Made by a program: the position numbers and the translations under genes
Source of the DNA: an uncultured Rhodospirillaceae bacterium
GTDB lineage: Bacteria > Pseudomonadota > Alphaproteobacteria > Micavibrionales > UBA2020
Length of the DNA stretch: 64,000 nt
Assembly: GCA_964458415.1 (NCBI GenBank)
Contig: CAYWIT010000015.1
Span: forward strand, 3,192 to 67,191
Reading direction: 5' to 3'
Part shown: positions 8,766 through 18,646 of the stretch, piece after piece
Numbering within the stretch: the first letter of the stretch is position 1
Layout of the letters: every line of letters starts with the position of its first letter
The notes under the pieces: generated by a model
Databases searched by the model: none
Told to the model about the DNA's origin: nothing
Seen by the model: the letters and a program-made list of their open reading frames with translations, nothing else

Positions 8766-11087
8766 TTAAGGCATGACGTAGGTCGGCGTTTGACCGTCCC
8801 GCATCGCGGGGGACATATACGGGACATTGCCGCCGGAACTACTCAGTGTATCCGTTATTGTACTGATCAGGCCCTCAAGGGAAAAGCCGGAAGTGGAGGA
8901 CATCTGCTCTAGCACGGTCTGGCTGAGGATTTCCGCGGTCTGGCCGGCGGCCATGCTGCCGGTGGCCTGTGCCATCCAAGGCGCGGCGGTTTCGGCGGGC
9001 GCCCCCTGCAGGGTTTGCAGCTCCTGCATGGCGGCAGTGACATCCCCCTGATCCAGCCGGAGCTGGGCGCGGGCGACGACGGCATCCACACTTTGTCCGT
9101 CGATGTCGTCAATGCGGCGGACCTTGACGAGCCGGTCCAGCCGTTTGAGCATTTCTTCCTGAACGGACAGGTCCTTGCCCTGCAGTTTGGCCATGACGAT
9201 ATCCGCTGCAATATTCTTGAATTCTTTTTGCAGCGTGCTGCGGCTCAGCACGCCGTTTTTAGCATAGGGCGTCAGGCGATCCAGCGCCTTTTGCAAAGCG
9301 GCGTTTTTTCCGGCCAGTTTGCGCATCAAAACCAGATCGTTCTGGAAGGGGCGCTCGCCGTTGACATTTTCCCTGAATTCGTTGAGTGCCAGCAACATGG
9401 CGGCGGCGCCGAGATCCTCGGGGGCGATATGGCCCATGATGGTGGACAGCGCGGGATCCTGCTTGCGGGCGACGGCCACAGCGGCATTCATGTCATCGGC
9501 ATTTCCGGAGCTCCCGGCGAGAATATCCTTCAGGCGGGCAACGGCATTCGTCAGGGCGCTGCGGCCTTCCGCTGTGCGTGAAAGGGTGTTGATATTCGTC
9601 AGCAATTGCAAAAAGGGCAGGGATTTATCGGCGACGCTGCCGACAGCCGAAATCTGGCTGCTGGCTGTATCGACCAGCGCGCCCGCTGTTTCCTTTACGG
9701 CTTCCGTGACATGGGAGAATTTCCCGATCTGGCTGCTGATTTTTCCGCTCAGCGAGGCCTGTTTTTCCTGAGCCTGCTGCATTTGCAAGATGCGTTCATT
9801 CATCTGCTTCATCTGTTCTTCCATTTGCTGCAACTGGGCATTGCGGCTTTCCAGCTCGAAATATTCCGGCGCCATTAAAAAAACACCGGCCAGAACGACG
9901 GGGATAAACAGGAAAGCGGCGGTCAGGACCGAGCGGTTGAAAAAGCGCCATTTTTCCGCGCGGATACGCTGTTGCTGGCGCTCTTCATAGGCGCGGCGGT
10001 CAAGGCCGGTGCGGCGGTCAGGACCGGCATAGGCGCTTGTGCGGACATGGCCTTTTTCATCCAGTGTCGTATGCTTCTGGCGGCGGTCATTGCTGCGGCG
10101 CCGTTCCTGAAACTCGCTTTTCCTTTGTTCCTGCGTTTTTTCGCTGTCATTCATTTTTTTATGTTCCAGTTTTTGAATTTTATCCAGATCGATGTTGTCT
10201 TCTGCCGCTGCCGTCAAAATGGCCCGTACCCGCGTTTCCGGGATCAGGCCGCGGTTTTTCCAGCCTTGCACGGTGGAAGCCGTGATGCCGAGGCGGTTGG
10301 CCAGTGGCCGGATGCCGCCAAAGGCGTCAATGACCGGGTCTGCAGGAAGGGCGGCTGCGGTAACGGTTCCGATGGCGGGGGAACGGAGAATTTCAAGCAT
10401 GGCTTCGAGATGCGGATTTTTTGCAATGCGAATTCCGGCCCAAGGCAGGGATTTCAGCTCTGCGGCGACGCGTTCGCTGATGCAGAGCGCTTCAAGCCCG
10501 CCGCTGACTCCTTTCAGATCCGGCCGTTGCAGCAGGCGCACGAAATTTGCGGCAGTGCGGGCGGAAAACAGGGTGACGACATCAATATCGCCTTCAATCA
10601 GGGTGCGGTCCGTTTCAGGAGGCATGACATCAAGATATTGCGCTTTGTAAACGGAAAGGCGTGTGACTTCTATTTCATCCGGGAGAAGGGCGGTGCCGAT
10701 ATCTTGCACCGTATCGGCGCCGCAGACGTGAAGAAGTTTTTTAAGATGGTACTCTTCCTTTTTGGACCGGATCAGGGTGATAACGTCATCGCTATCGCCC
10801 TCGGCTGAAAAAACGGTAGAGAAGCCGAGCCGTCCGGCAGCGAGAGCGGTTGTGTCGCCAACGGCGAAGACGATGAAATTACGTTCCCCCGTCCGCCGCG
10901 AAAAGAAATTTACCGCCTGCGCGCTGGTGAAAACAAGACCCTGAAAGGAATTAAGGGCGCTGTAGTCGGCGTGTATTTCCACATATTCCGTCATTGGCGC
11001 AATGAAGGTCTTGAAGCCTTCGCGGCGCAGCTTGTCGGCCAGTTCGTCAGCAAAAGGCTGCGGACGTGTGATAAGTACAGAGCGCAT
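8766..11087 (-). CDS. hemD: Fusion: uroporphyrinogen-III synthase HemD + Cro-like HTH + TM helix + Mic60/mitofilin-like (COG4223) domain
   Basis: N-term VLITRPQP, LVFTSAQAV, FAVGDTTA, TLFSARTA (HemD); VIDAFGGIRPLANRLGITASTVQGWKNRGLIP (HTH); one hydrophobic helix; coiled coil; C-term VVARAQLRLDQGDVTAAMQELQTL...PW (mitofilin-like). Confidence 0.82.
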   Translation of the reverse strand: MRSVLITRPQPFADELADKLRREGFKTFIAPMTEYVEIHADYSALNSFQGLVFTSAQAVNFFSRRTGERNFIVFAVGDTTALAAGRLGFSTVFSAEGDSDDVITLIRSKKEEYHLKKLLHVCGADTVQDIGTALLPDEIEVTRLSVYKAQYLDVMPPETDRTLIEGDIDVVTLFSARTAANFVRLLQRPDLKGVSGGLEALCISERVAAELKSLPWAGIRIAKNPHLEAMLEILRSPAIGTVTAAALPADPVIDAFGGIRPLANRLGITASTVQGWKNRGLIPETRVRAILTAAAEDNIDLDKIQKLEHKKMNDSEKTQEQRKSEFQERRRSNDRRQKHTTLDEKGHVRTSAYAGPDRRTGLDRRAYEERQQQRIRAEKWRFFNRSVLTAAFLFIPVVLAGVFLMAPEYFELESRNAQLQQMEEQMKQMNERILQMQQAQEKQASLSGKISSQIGKFSHVTEAVKETAGALVDTASSQISAVGSVADKSLPFLQLLTNINTLSRTAEGRSALTNAVARLKDILAGSSGNADDMNAAVAVARKQDPALSTIMGHIAPEDLGAAAMLLALNEFRENVNGERPFQNDLVLMRKLAGKNAALQKALDRLTPYAKNGVLSRSTLQKEFKNIAADIVMAKLQGKDLSVQEEMLKRLDRLVKVRRIDDIDGQSVDAVVARAQLRLDQGDVTAAMQELQTLQGAPAETAAPWMAQATGSMAAGQTAEILSQTVLEQMSSTSGFSLEGLISTITDTLSSSGGNVPYMSPAMRDGQTPTYVMP

Positions 11088-11188
11088 GATTCCCCACGGC
11101 GTTTCCCTTTTCTATCATGGGCTGCAGGCCGGCCGGGGTCAATGCCGCGGTGCGCTTTTCGCCTTATAATATTCCGGAAAAAGGGCGG

Positions 11189-12124
11189 TCAGAGGGGGGG
11201 GATTCTAAAGGTGATATTCTCTTTCGTCGTCATGACGGTTTGCAGTGTGACATCAAACAGTTTTCCGGCGCGGGAAATAACGTCCTGAACCAGCGCTTCC
11301 GGCGCCGAAGCACCGGCTGTAATCCCCAGAGTTCGGATGTCCCGGAAGCTTTCCCAGGGAATATCCTCCGCGCTGTCCGCGAGGAGGGCTCTTTTCGCGC
11401 CATAAGCGCGGGCGACTTCCACCAGACGGTTGGAATTGGAGGAATTGGCAGAGCCGATGACGATCAAAACATCCGATCTTTGTGCAATATCCTTGACGGC
11501 CAGCTGTCGATTGGTCGTGGCATAGCAAATGTCTTCCTTGCGGGAGGTGGTGATATCGGGAAACCGTTTTTTTAATGCCGCGACAATTTCCGCCGTATCA
11601 TCAAGGGACAGGGTCGTTTGTGTGATATAGGCGGGTTTGTCCATGGGGGAGAGGGCAAGATTTTCTACCTCAGCCGCCGTTTCGACAAGGATGACGGCGC
11701 CTTCCGGCAGCTGACCCATGGTGCCGACGACTTCAGGATGGCCCTTGTGCCCGATGAGCAGGATTCTGTGGCCCTGATGATAAAGATTTTCCGCTTCGCG
11801 GTGGACCTTGCTGACCAGCGGACAGGTGGCATCAATCTGGACAAGGCCCTGTTTTGCTGCCGTTTCCGGGATAATTTTGGCGACGCCATGCGCCGAAAAC
11901 ACAACGGGGGCGCCGGCCGGAACTGCGTCGAGTTCCTTGACAAAAACGGCGCCCTTGGCCTGGAGCATCGCCAGAACATAACGGTTGTGAACGATTTCAT
12001 GCCGGACATAAACAGGCGCGCCATATTTTTGCAGCGCCTGCTCGACGATGCCGATGGCGCGTTCGACGCCGGCGCAAAAACCGCGGGGACTGGCGAGAAG
12101 GATGGTCAGGGGTTGTTTGTTCAT
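11189..12124 (-). CDS. ispH: 4-hydroxy-3-methylbut-2-enyl diphosphate reductase
   Basis: [47 protein letters not shown] motifs. Confidence 0.97.
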   Translation of the reverse strand: MNKQPLTILLASPRGFCAGVERAIGIVEQALQKYGAPVYVRHEIVHNRYVLAMLQAKGAVFVKELDAVPAGAPVVFSAHGVAKIIPETAAKQGLVQIDATCPLVSKVHREAENLYHQGHRILLIGHKGHPEVVGTMGQLPEGAVILVETAAEVENLALSPMDKPAYITQTTLSLDDTAEIVAALKKRFPDITTSRKEDICYATTNRQLAVKDIAQRSDVLIVIGSANSSNSNRLVEVARAYGAKRALLADSAEDIPWESFRDIRTLGITAGASAPEALVQDVISRAGKLFDVTLQTVMTTKENITFRIPPL

Positions 12125-12211
12125 GCGGAAAATATAAAGCGGAAGAGGGCTTGAGTCGAGCGGGCTTTCGGCAGTATGGTGTATGACCGGTAAATAATGG
12201 GAAGAAATGAC

Positions 12212-12715
12212 ATGAAAAAGGCAGTTTTTTCATTGATGGTCGCGTTGCTGCTGGGGGGTTGTGCCGTTACGGCTGAAGAAGGCGGTACGATGTGCCCTGC
12301 CGTGGGTTTATTGCGCGATGCCGATAAAATCGTCTTTTTCAAGGATGCAACGGGGAAAGAGCTTGCGCTGACGGTAGCGCTGGCAAATTTCTATGGCGGA
12401 TGTTCCTTGTCACGGAACAATCAGATGGTTTATAGCCTGAGCCTTGATTTTGCTGCCCTGCGGGCGGAGGGCGGTACAGAAAAACGCGTGGAAATACCCT
12501 ATTTTATTGCCATATTGTCGCCGACAGAAGAGGTCTTGCAAAGGGCGCGGTTTTCCACGATTATCGAAATCGACAACGCTGGAAAAGGCGTCAGTACGGA
12601 AGAACATGAATTGAAAATACCCATGCCGGATCCTGCGACTGCCGCCCGCTATGAAATTACCGCCGGGTTTATACTGACCCCGGATCAGCTTGAAGCCAAC
12701 AGGAGCAAAAAGTGA
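12212..12715 (+). CDS. Conserved alphaproteobacterial lipoprotein
   Basis: [17 protein letters not shown] lipobox; [10 protein letters not shown] motif; stop overlaps gmhA start. Confidence 0.75.
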   Translation: MKKAVFSLMVALLLGGCAVTAEEGGTMCPAVGLLRDADKIVFFKDATGKELALTVALANFYGGCSLSRNNQMVYSLSLDFAALRAEGGTEKRVEIPYFIAILSPTEEVLQRARFSTIIEIDNAGKGVSTEEHELKIPMPDPATAARYEITAGFILTPDQLEANRSKK

Positions 12716-13350
12716 CCTCAGCCCCCCTTGATCTGAACCAGTTCTGGATTTCCGAATTCGACGAACATGCCGCTGTCATGGAATCGACACGGGAAAATTT
12801 GCCGGAGGTTTTTGCACGTCTGCTGCAGACGGCGGAAGATACCATCCGTGCCGGCGGAAAAATTATTTTCTTTGGCAATGGCGGCAGTGCGGCGGACGCG
12901 CAGCATCTGGCGACGGAACTGACCGTGCGCTATCGCAAGGACCGGGCGCCGATTGCGGCGCTGGCGCTGACAACCGATACATCGGCGCTGACGGCGATCG
13001 GCAATGATTTTGGTTTCGATCATCTTTTCGCCCGGCAGCTGGCAGCGGTTGGCCGGCGGGGGGATCTGGTGATCGCGATTTCAACGTCCGGCAATAGTCC
13101 GAATGTTTTGCTGGCGCTGGAAGAAGCGCAGCGTCTTGGGATTACAACGGTAGGCTTCACCGGTAAAACGGGGGGAAAAATGGCGGGACGTTGCGATATT
13201 TTGCTTAATGTTCCGTCAACGACCACGGCCCGCATACAGGAAATGCACATCACTTTGGGCCAGATGCTTTGCGGGGCGCTGGAAATCAGGCTTGGCCTTG
13301 TTTCCGAAGAGGGTAATGATGCGGCAACAGCCAAGGCGGCAGTCGCCTGA
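12712..13350 (+). CDS. gmhA: D-sedoheptulose-7-phosphate isomerase (SIS domain)
   Basis: GNGGSAADAQH, TAIGNDFGF, ISTSGNSPN, RIQEMH motifs. Confidence 0.95.
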   Translation: MTSAPLDLNQFWISEFDEHAAVMESTRENLPEVFARLLQTAEDTIRAGGKIIFFGNGGSAADAQHLATELTVRYRKDRAPIAALALTTDTSALTAIGNDFGFDHLFARQLAAVGRRGDLVIAISTSGNSPNVLLALEEAQRLGITTVGFTGKTGGKMAGRCDILLNVPSTTTARIQEMHITLGQMLCGALEIRLGLVSEEGNDAATAKAAVA

Positions 13351-13364
13351 GACGGAGATAAACT

Positions 13365-13613
13365 ATGGCAAAAGAAAATAGCGCGCTGGAGAATTTAAGT
13401 TTTGAAGAGGCGCTGGCGGAGCTGGAAAAAATTGTCCGGCAGCTGGAAAGCGGGGCAGCGGATCTTAAGGCTTCGATTGAATCCTATGAGCGCGGCATGG
13501 CGCTGAAATCATTTTGCGAGTCACGCCTGAAAGAAGCGCAAAGCCGGATCGAGAAAATCACGGCTGTCACCGAGGGCCGCGCTGTAACGGAACCCTTCAG
13601 TCTTTCTGAATAA
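13365..13613 (+). CDS. xseB: Exodeoxyribonuclease VII small subunit
   Basis: [19 protein letters not shown]...YERGMAL...[10 protein letters not shown]; upstream of ispA. Confidence 0.95.
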   Translation: MAKENSALENLSFEEALAELEKIVRQLESGAADLKASIESYERGMALKSFCESRLKEAQSRIEKITAVTEGRAVTEPFSLSE

Positions 13614-13715
13614 TGCTTAAAAACCTTCCCCTTTTGGGCGCGGATCGGGTATAACTGAACACAGAAAATTAGCGATCAGCTTTTCGATAAATTTTTTGAT
13701 GCAAGGGGATACCGA

Positions 13716-14621
13716 ATGCCATCACCACGCGAGGCCTCGCCGAAACTCCAGCAGGCGATGGAGGATTGTAGGGAAAATGTCAACCGCACCATGGTTAGTC
13801 TTCTCCCGGAGACGGATCTTGCCGAAGCGCCCCTGTTCGAGGCCATGCGCTATGCCGTGCTTTCGGGCGGAAAAAGATTGCGGCCTTTTATGGTGATGGA
13901 AGGCGCGCGCGTTTTCGGCGTGGATAACGGTCGCGCGCGGCGCGTGGCGGCGGCGGTTGAATTCGTGCATGCCTATTCTCTGGTGCACGACGACCTGCCC
14001 GCAATGGATAATGCGGAAACAAGGCGCGGCAAACCTTCCCTGCACAAGGCCTATGACGAGGCAACGGCCATTCTGGCGGGGGACGCGCTGATGACTCTGG
14101 CCTTCGAGGTTCTTTCCAATCCGGAAACGCATGAGGACCCGCGCGTGCGGATCGAGCTTGTTTCCAATCTGTCCAGCGCCTCTGGGATGCACGGCATGGT
14201 CGGCGGGCAGATGCTCGACATGATCGGGGAAAAACAGGAATTTGACGTCGGCACGATCAGCCGCCTGCAGCGGCTTAAAACCGGTAAACTCATTGCGTTC
14301 TGCTGCGAAGCGGGGGCGATTCTCGGTCGGGCCAATCCGGCCCATCGTCAGGCGCTGCGGAATTACGCGCACGATCTCGGGCTGGCCTTTCAGGTGACGG
14401 ACGATTTACTGGATGCCGAAGGCAATCCGGCGATGATGGGCAAACCGACCAATCAGGACAGCAAAAAGGCAACCTTTGTCACGGCGATGGGCCGCGAACA
14501 GGCCCGCATGCGCGCGGAAATGCTGGTGGAACAGGCGATTCGCCATCTGCACATCTTCGATGACGGGCGCGTGGATTTGCTCAAGGATCTTGCCCATTAC
14601 GTGCTGGAGCGGCGGGTATAG
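13716..14621 (+). CDS. ispA: Farnesyl diphosphate synthase (polyprenyl synthetase)
   Basis: GGKRLRP, HDDLPAMD, RRGKP, GMVGGQ, LKTG, FQVTDDLLD motifs. Confidence 0.95.
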   Translation: MPSPREASPKLQQAMEDCRENVNRTMVSLLPETDLAEAPLFEAMRYAVLSGGKRLRPFMVMEGARVFGVDNGRARRVAAAVEFVHAYSLVHDDLPAMDNAETRRGKPSLHKAYDEATAILAGDALMTLAFEVLSNPETHEDPRVRIELVSNLSSASGMHGMVGGQMLDMIGEKQEFDVGTISRLQRLKTGKLIAFCCEAGAILGRANPAHRQALRNYAHDLGLAFQVTDDLLDAEGNPAMMGKPTNQDSKKATFVTAMGREQARMRAEMLVEQAIRHLHIFDDGRVDLLKDLAHYVLERRV

Positions 14622-15037
14622 GCCGCCAGCGCTTGCAAGACAAAAGGCGCAGAATTTTCCGCAGTGATTTTGTGGGGAGGTAGCCAGAGGCAGCCGGCGC
14701 TATCGTCGGTGCCGTTTGATATTTCTCTGGGGGTTCCGGCGATGGTCGTTAGATAAATGCAACCGATATGGCGCAAAACTATCATTTCTTCTTTTCTGCA
14801 GTGGGGATAGAGCGTACTAAAAGTCCCCAGTTGCTGCATATTCAGGACGGTACAGTCCGTTTCTTCAAGGACTTCGCGGCACAGGGTTTGTTCTAAAAGC
14901 TCGTGCGCCTCCATACTGCCGCCGGGGAGGTCGTATAGGCCTGTATAACAACCGAGCGCTTTTTTAATTAAAAGAATACAGCCATCAAGTGGGTGGACAA
15001 TCAGGGCATAAACACCGAAATGTGACTCATAGGACAT
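14597..15037 (-). CDS. NUDIX hydrolase
   Basis: Nudix box GGSMEAHELLEQTLCREVLEET. Confidence 0.85.
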   Translation of the reverse strand: MSYESHFGVYALIVHPLDGCILLIKKALGCYTGLYDLPGGSMEAHELLEQTLCREVLEETDCTVLNMQQLGTFSTLYPHCRKEEMIVLRHIGCIYLTTIAGTPREISNGTDDSAGCLWLPPHKITAENSAPFVLQALAAYTRRSST

Positions 15038-15049
15038 TGGCTGGCGACA

Positions 15050-15517
15050 TTAATGATTTCTATCGAGACGGAGCGGTTTGAAAGCCTTGATCGGGCGGAA
15101 AATTTCTGCCTGAAAGGCGCGGCTGATTTCTTCATCGCGGCACCGCTTCCTGAGGGCGGCTTTTTCTTCGTGCATCTCCTCGATGGTTTTTGCGAAATTT
15201 TTGTAATGGTGAAGGCTGGCGATATCAAGAACGCTCTTGCCATCACGGTTCAGGGCTTCGGGTCTGGCGCCTTTTTCCAGCAGGTGGTCAATGACCGGGA
15301 GCTGGCCGTAACGCGCCGCCCACATCAGGCCTGTCCAGCCGTTGCCGTAGCTGAGGGTGGCATCGGCAGCATCCGGATAACGTTGGAGAAAGCCTTGGAT
15401 ATAGTCAAGATTGCCGCACATCGCGGCAATGGCGAAATAGCGCGTTTCATCGTTGGAGGGGCGCTTGTCGGCGGCCTTGTCGAATTCCGGCTGTAAATCG
15501 GTATCGTGAAAGGTCAT
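15050..15517 (-). CDS. Small ankyrin-repeat protein with basic C-terminal tail
   Basis: GWTGLMWAARYGQLPVIDHLLEKGA and GKSVLDIA repeats; ends FQAEIFRPIKAFKPLRLDRNH. Confidence 0.8.
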   Translation of the reverse strand: MTFHDTDLQPEFDKAADKRPSNDETRYFAIAAMCGNLDYIQGFLQRYPDAADATLSYGNGWTGLMWAARYGQLPVIDHLLEKGARPEALNRDGKSVLDIASLHHYKNFAKTIEEMHEEKAALRKRCRDEEISRAFQAEIFRPIKAFKPLRLDRNH

Positions 15518-15650
15518 GACGAGTCTCTACATAAATAAAAACATGCATTATGTTACCACAATGCTAGCATAATTGAAAGAAAAATATGGCCTTATCTTCC
15601 CTTTAAAATTTTCCAAAATAAGTATATAACAACGGGAAAAGGATGAAAAC

Positions 15651-17570
15651 GTGCCGCAAACTCCATTTCTGGATCAGGTTGACCTTCCTGCCGACATTAG
15701 AAAACTGGACAGAAAAGATCTGCCCGGACTGGCGGATGATGTGCGCCGTGAAATGGTCGAGGCGGTTTCGATCACCGGCGGACATCTTGGTGCCGGGCTG
15801 GGTGTGGTCGAGCTGACCGTTGCGCTGCATTATATCTTTAATACGCCGCAGGACCGGCTGATCTGGGATGTGGGTCATCAGGCCTACCCGCATAAAATCT
15901 TAACCGGGCGGCGCGATCGTATTCGGACGCTGCGCCAACCGGAAGGCTTGAGCGGATTTACGAACAAAAGTGAAAGTATCTATGATCCCTTTGGAGCGGG
16001 CCACAGCTCGACGTCGATTTCTGCCGGATTGGGGATGGCGGTTGCGGCGGGATTGGCGGCGCAGGAAAATAAAGTTATCTGTGTGATTGGCGATGGCGCG
16101 ATGAGCGCCGGCATGGCCTATGAGGCGATGAATAATGCCGGCCATTTGAAAAGCCGGCTGATTGTGATTCTGAATGACAATGACATGTCGATTGCGCCGC
16201 CGGTCGGCGCGATGAGTGCTTATCTTTCGCGCCTGATTTCCTCCAAGCCGTTTTTGGGGATGCGCGAGTTGGGCAAGAAAGTGACCGGAAAATTGCCGCC
16301 GCCGCTGCAAAAGGCGGCCCAACGGGCGGAAGAATACGCGCGGGGCATGGTGACGGGCGGCACCTTATTCGAGGAACTGGGATTTTATTATGTGGGTCCG
16401 ATCGACGGGCATAATCTTGATCATCTTTTGCCCGTGCTTGAAAATGTGCGGGACAGCAATCATGATGGCCCGATTCTCGTTCATGTCGTGACAAAAAAAG
16501 GCCATGGCTATTCTCCGGCCGAGAAGGCGCCGGATAAAATGCATGGCGTTACGAAATTTGATGTCGTGACGGGGGCGCAAAGCAAGCCAAAAACAAATGT
16601 CCCCAGCTATACGGGCATTTTTTCCGAGAGCCTGTTGCAGGAAGCGCGGCTTGATGACAGGATTGTCGCCATTACCGCGGCGATGCCGGCGGGCACAGGG
16701 CTGGATGCTTTTGCCAAAGAATTTCCTGATCGCTTTTTTGATGTCGGCATTGCCGAACAGCATGCGGTGACTTTTGCGGCGGGATTGGCCAGCGAAGGGT
16801 TTAAGCCGTTTTGTGCGATTTATTCAACGTTTTTGCAGCGCGCCTATGACCAGATCGTGCATGATGTCGCGTTGCAGCGCTTGCCGGTGCGTTTCGCGCT
16901 GGATCGGGCCGGACTTGTCGGGGCTGACGGCGCCACCCATGCGGGGGCTTTTGATATTGCCTATCTGGGCTGTGTGCCGAATATGGTGTTGATGGCAGCC
17001 GCAGACGAAGCCGAATTGAAACATATGGTGGCGACGCAGGTTGCTTATGAGGCGGGGCCATCTGCGCTGCGTTATCCGCGCGGCGAGGGAACCGGTGTGA
17101 CACTGCCGGAAAAAGGCCTGCCGCTTGAAATTGGCAAAGGCCGGATTGTGCGTGAGGGAACAAAAATTGCCTTGCTGAGCTATGGCACGCGGCTGGCAGA
17201 ATGTCTGCTGGCAGCGGATCAGCTTCAGACCATGGGGCTGTCAACAACGGTGGCGGATGCGCGTTTTGCCAAGCCGCTGGATCAGGATCTCGTCGCGCGG
17301 CTGGCGCGGGAACATGACGTTCTGTTGACGGTGGAGGAAGGGGCGATGGGGGGATTTGGCGCTTTTGTGCTGCATTATCTGGCACAGGCGGGCAGGCTGG
17401 ATAGCGGGCTGAAGATCAGGACTTTGACTTTGCCGGATATCTTTATCGAGCAGGGTCTCCCGCAGAAACAATACGAGCAGGCGGGTTTGAACGCCGTGCA
17501 GATTGTTATGACGGCTTTGGCGGCGCTGGGTCGCGGAGAACAGGTTTGTTCTGGTGAGAAGGCCTTTTAA
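15651..17570 (+). CDS. dxs: 1-deoxy-D-xylulose-5-phosphate synthase
   Basis: [64 protein letters not shown] motifs. Confidence 0.97.
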   Translation: MPQTPFLDQVDLPADIRKLDRKDLPGLADDVRREMVEAVSITGGHLGAGLGVVELTVALHYIFNTPQDRLIWDVGHQAYPHKILTGRRDRIRTLRQPEGLSGFTNKSESIYDPFGAGHSSTSISAGLGMAVAAGLAAQENKVICVIGDGAMSAGMAYEAMNNAGHLKSRLIVILNDNDMSIAPPVGAMSAYLSRLISSKPFLGMRELGKKVTGKLPPPLQKAAQRAEEYARGMVTGGTLFEELGFYYVGPIDGHNLDHLLPVLENVRDSNHDGPILVHVVTKKGHGYSPAEKAPDKMHGVTKFDVVTGAQSKPKTNVPSYTGIFSESLLQEARLDDRIVAITAAMPAGTGLDAFAKEFPDRFFDVGIAEQHAVTFAAGLASEGFKPFCAIYSTFLQRAYDQIVHDVALQRLPVRFALDRAGLVGADGATHAGAFDIAYLGCVPNMVLMAAADEAELKHMVATQVAYEAGPSALRYPRGEGTGVTLPEKGLPLEIGKGRIVREGTKIALLSYGTRLAECLLAADQLQTMGLSTTVADARFAKPLDQDLVARLAREHDVLLTVEEGAMGGFGAFVLHYLAQAGRLDSGLKIRTLTLPDIFIEQGLPQKQYEQAGLNAVQIVMTALAALGRGEQVCSGEKAF

Positions 17571-17618
17571 GCCGTTTTTTTTCAGCAATACAACATTGAT
17601 TTCATTATAGATTTTCGC

Positions 17619-17648
17619 TTGACGGCGGCTTTAAAAATATGCTATAAT
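17619..17648 (+). promoter_or_regulatory. Near-consensus sigma70 promoter TTGACG-N18-TATAAT with extended TG
   Basis: ttgacg 17619-17624; tgc-tataat 17640-17648. Confidence 0.6.
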
Positions 17649-17667
17649 TATGAAAATTAAGGTGCAT

Positions 17668-18642
17668 ATGTTTACTAAACTAAAAAATACCTTCAGCCAG
17701 ATCATCAACGGTTCGCATAAAGCGTGCCGCGTGGAGATCATGCGCAATCTTTCCGTGCTGCCGGAGGGCAAAGCGCTGATTGATCTTGCCGCGCAAAACG
17801 GCATCGCCATTCATGTGGTCGGGGAGCTGGGGGGATTGCACGGCCTGTTTGAGAAAGATGCGGTCTATGTGCTAAATACCGGCAATCCCGCCAAAATGAC
17901 TTTGACGCTGGCGCACGAGTTGCACCATGCGCGACAATTCGCGGAAATGGGAATAGCCGATCCCTGCGCGCCCTTGTCTTCTGAAGAAATCCGATCCTTG
18001 CATATTCAGCGGCTGATGATCGAGGCGGATGCCTTTACGACGGAAGCCATGCTGGCGCTCCGGTTTCTGAAAGCGGGCCAGCTTGCCTATCTTAAATGCA
18101 TTCTCGAATCAAACGCGCCGCCCTATACCGTCATGCAGGATTTTTTTGCAGCAAGGCCTTATGGCGCGGATACGGACGAAGCCTCTTACCGGCGCGCTTT
18201 GTTTACCGAGGTGATGTTGCGGGGGCTTCCCCATTATAAGAGCGGTTATTTTTCTTCCCTTGCGGGAGCGGTAAAAAAATCTGATTTACAGGGCCTGCGG
18301 GAAGAACGGGGAAAAGCGTCTCAACGCGTTTCCGGTTTTCCGCTTCCTGCCGGAATTGCCGTTTCATATGGATTTGCAGCGGCGGGAGAAACGTCTGTGC
18401 GGGCACTTTCCACGGCGTTTTTGCAAACGCTGCCGGTCTGGGAACGAAAAACGTTGCGCTTGATAGAACAGGTGGTGACACGGGCGGAGAGGGTAACGGA
18501 AATGGAATTCCGGGTTCTGCGTGACGAAATTGTCCGGCGGTGTGAAGAGCATAGTATGGAAGAGGACCCAAATTATTCATTTTCACCGTCACGACGGCGC
18601 ACACAGGCGCAACACAAAATCCGGCAACGGACAACTCTATAA
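17668..18642 (+). CDS. Putative HExxH zinc metallopeptidase-like protein (recalled as DUF6782-like)
   Basis: TLTLAHELHHARQ, with downstream EADA; SD-like AAGGTG before ATG at 17668. Confidence 0.6.
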   Translation: MFTKLKNTFSQIINGSHKACRVEIMRNLSVLPEGKALIDLAAQNGIAIHVVGELGGLHGLFEKDAVYVLNTGNPAKMTLTLAHELHHARQFAEMGIADPCAPLSSEEIRSLHIQRLMIEADAFTTEAMLALRFLKAGQLAYLKCILESNAPPYTVMQDFFAARPYGADTDEASYRRALFTEVMLRGLPHYKSGYFSSLAGAVKKSDLQGLREERGKASQRVSGFPLPAGIAVSYGFAAAGETSVRALSTAFLQTLPVWERKTLRLIEQVVTRAERVTEMEFRVLRDEIVRRCEEHSMEEDPNYSFSPSRRRTQAQHKIRQRTTL

Positions 18643-18646
18643 TAAA

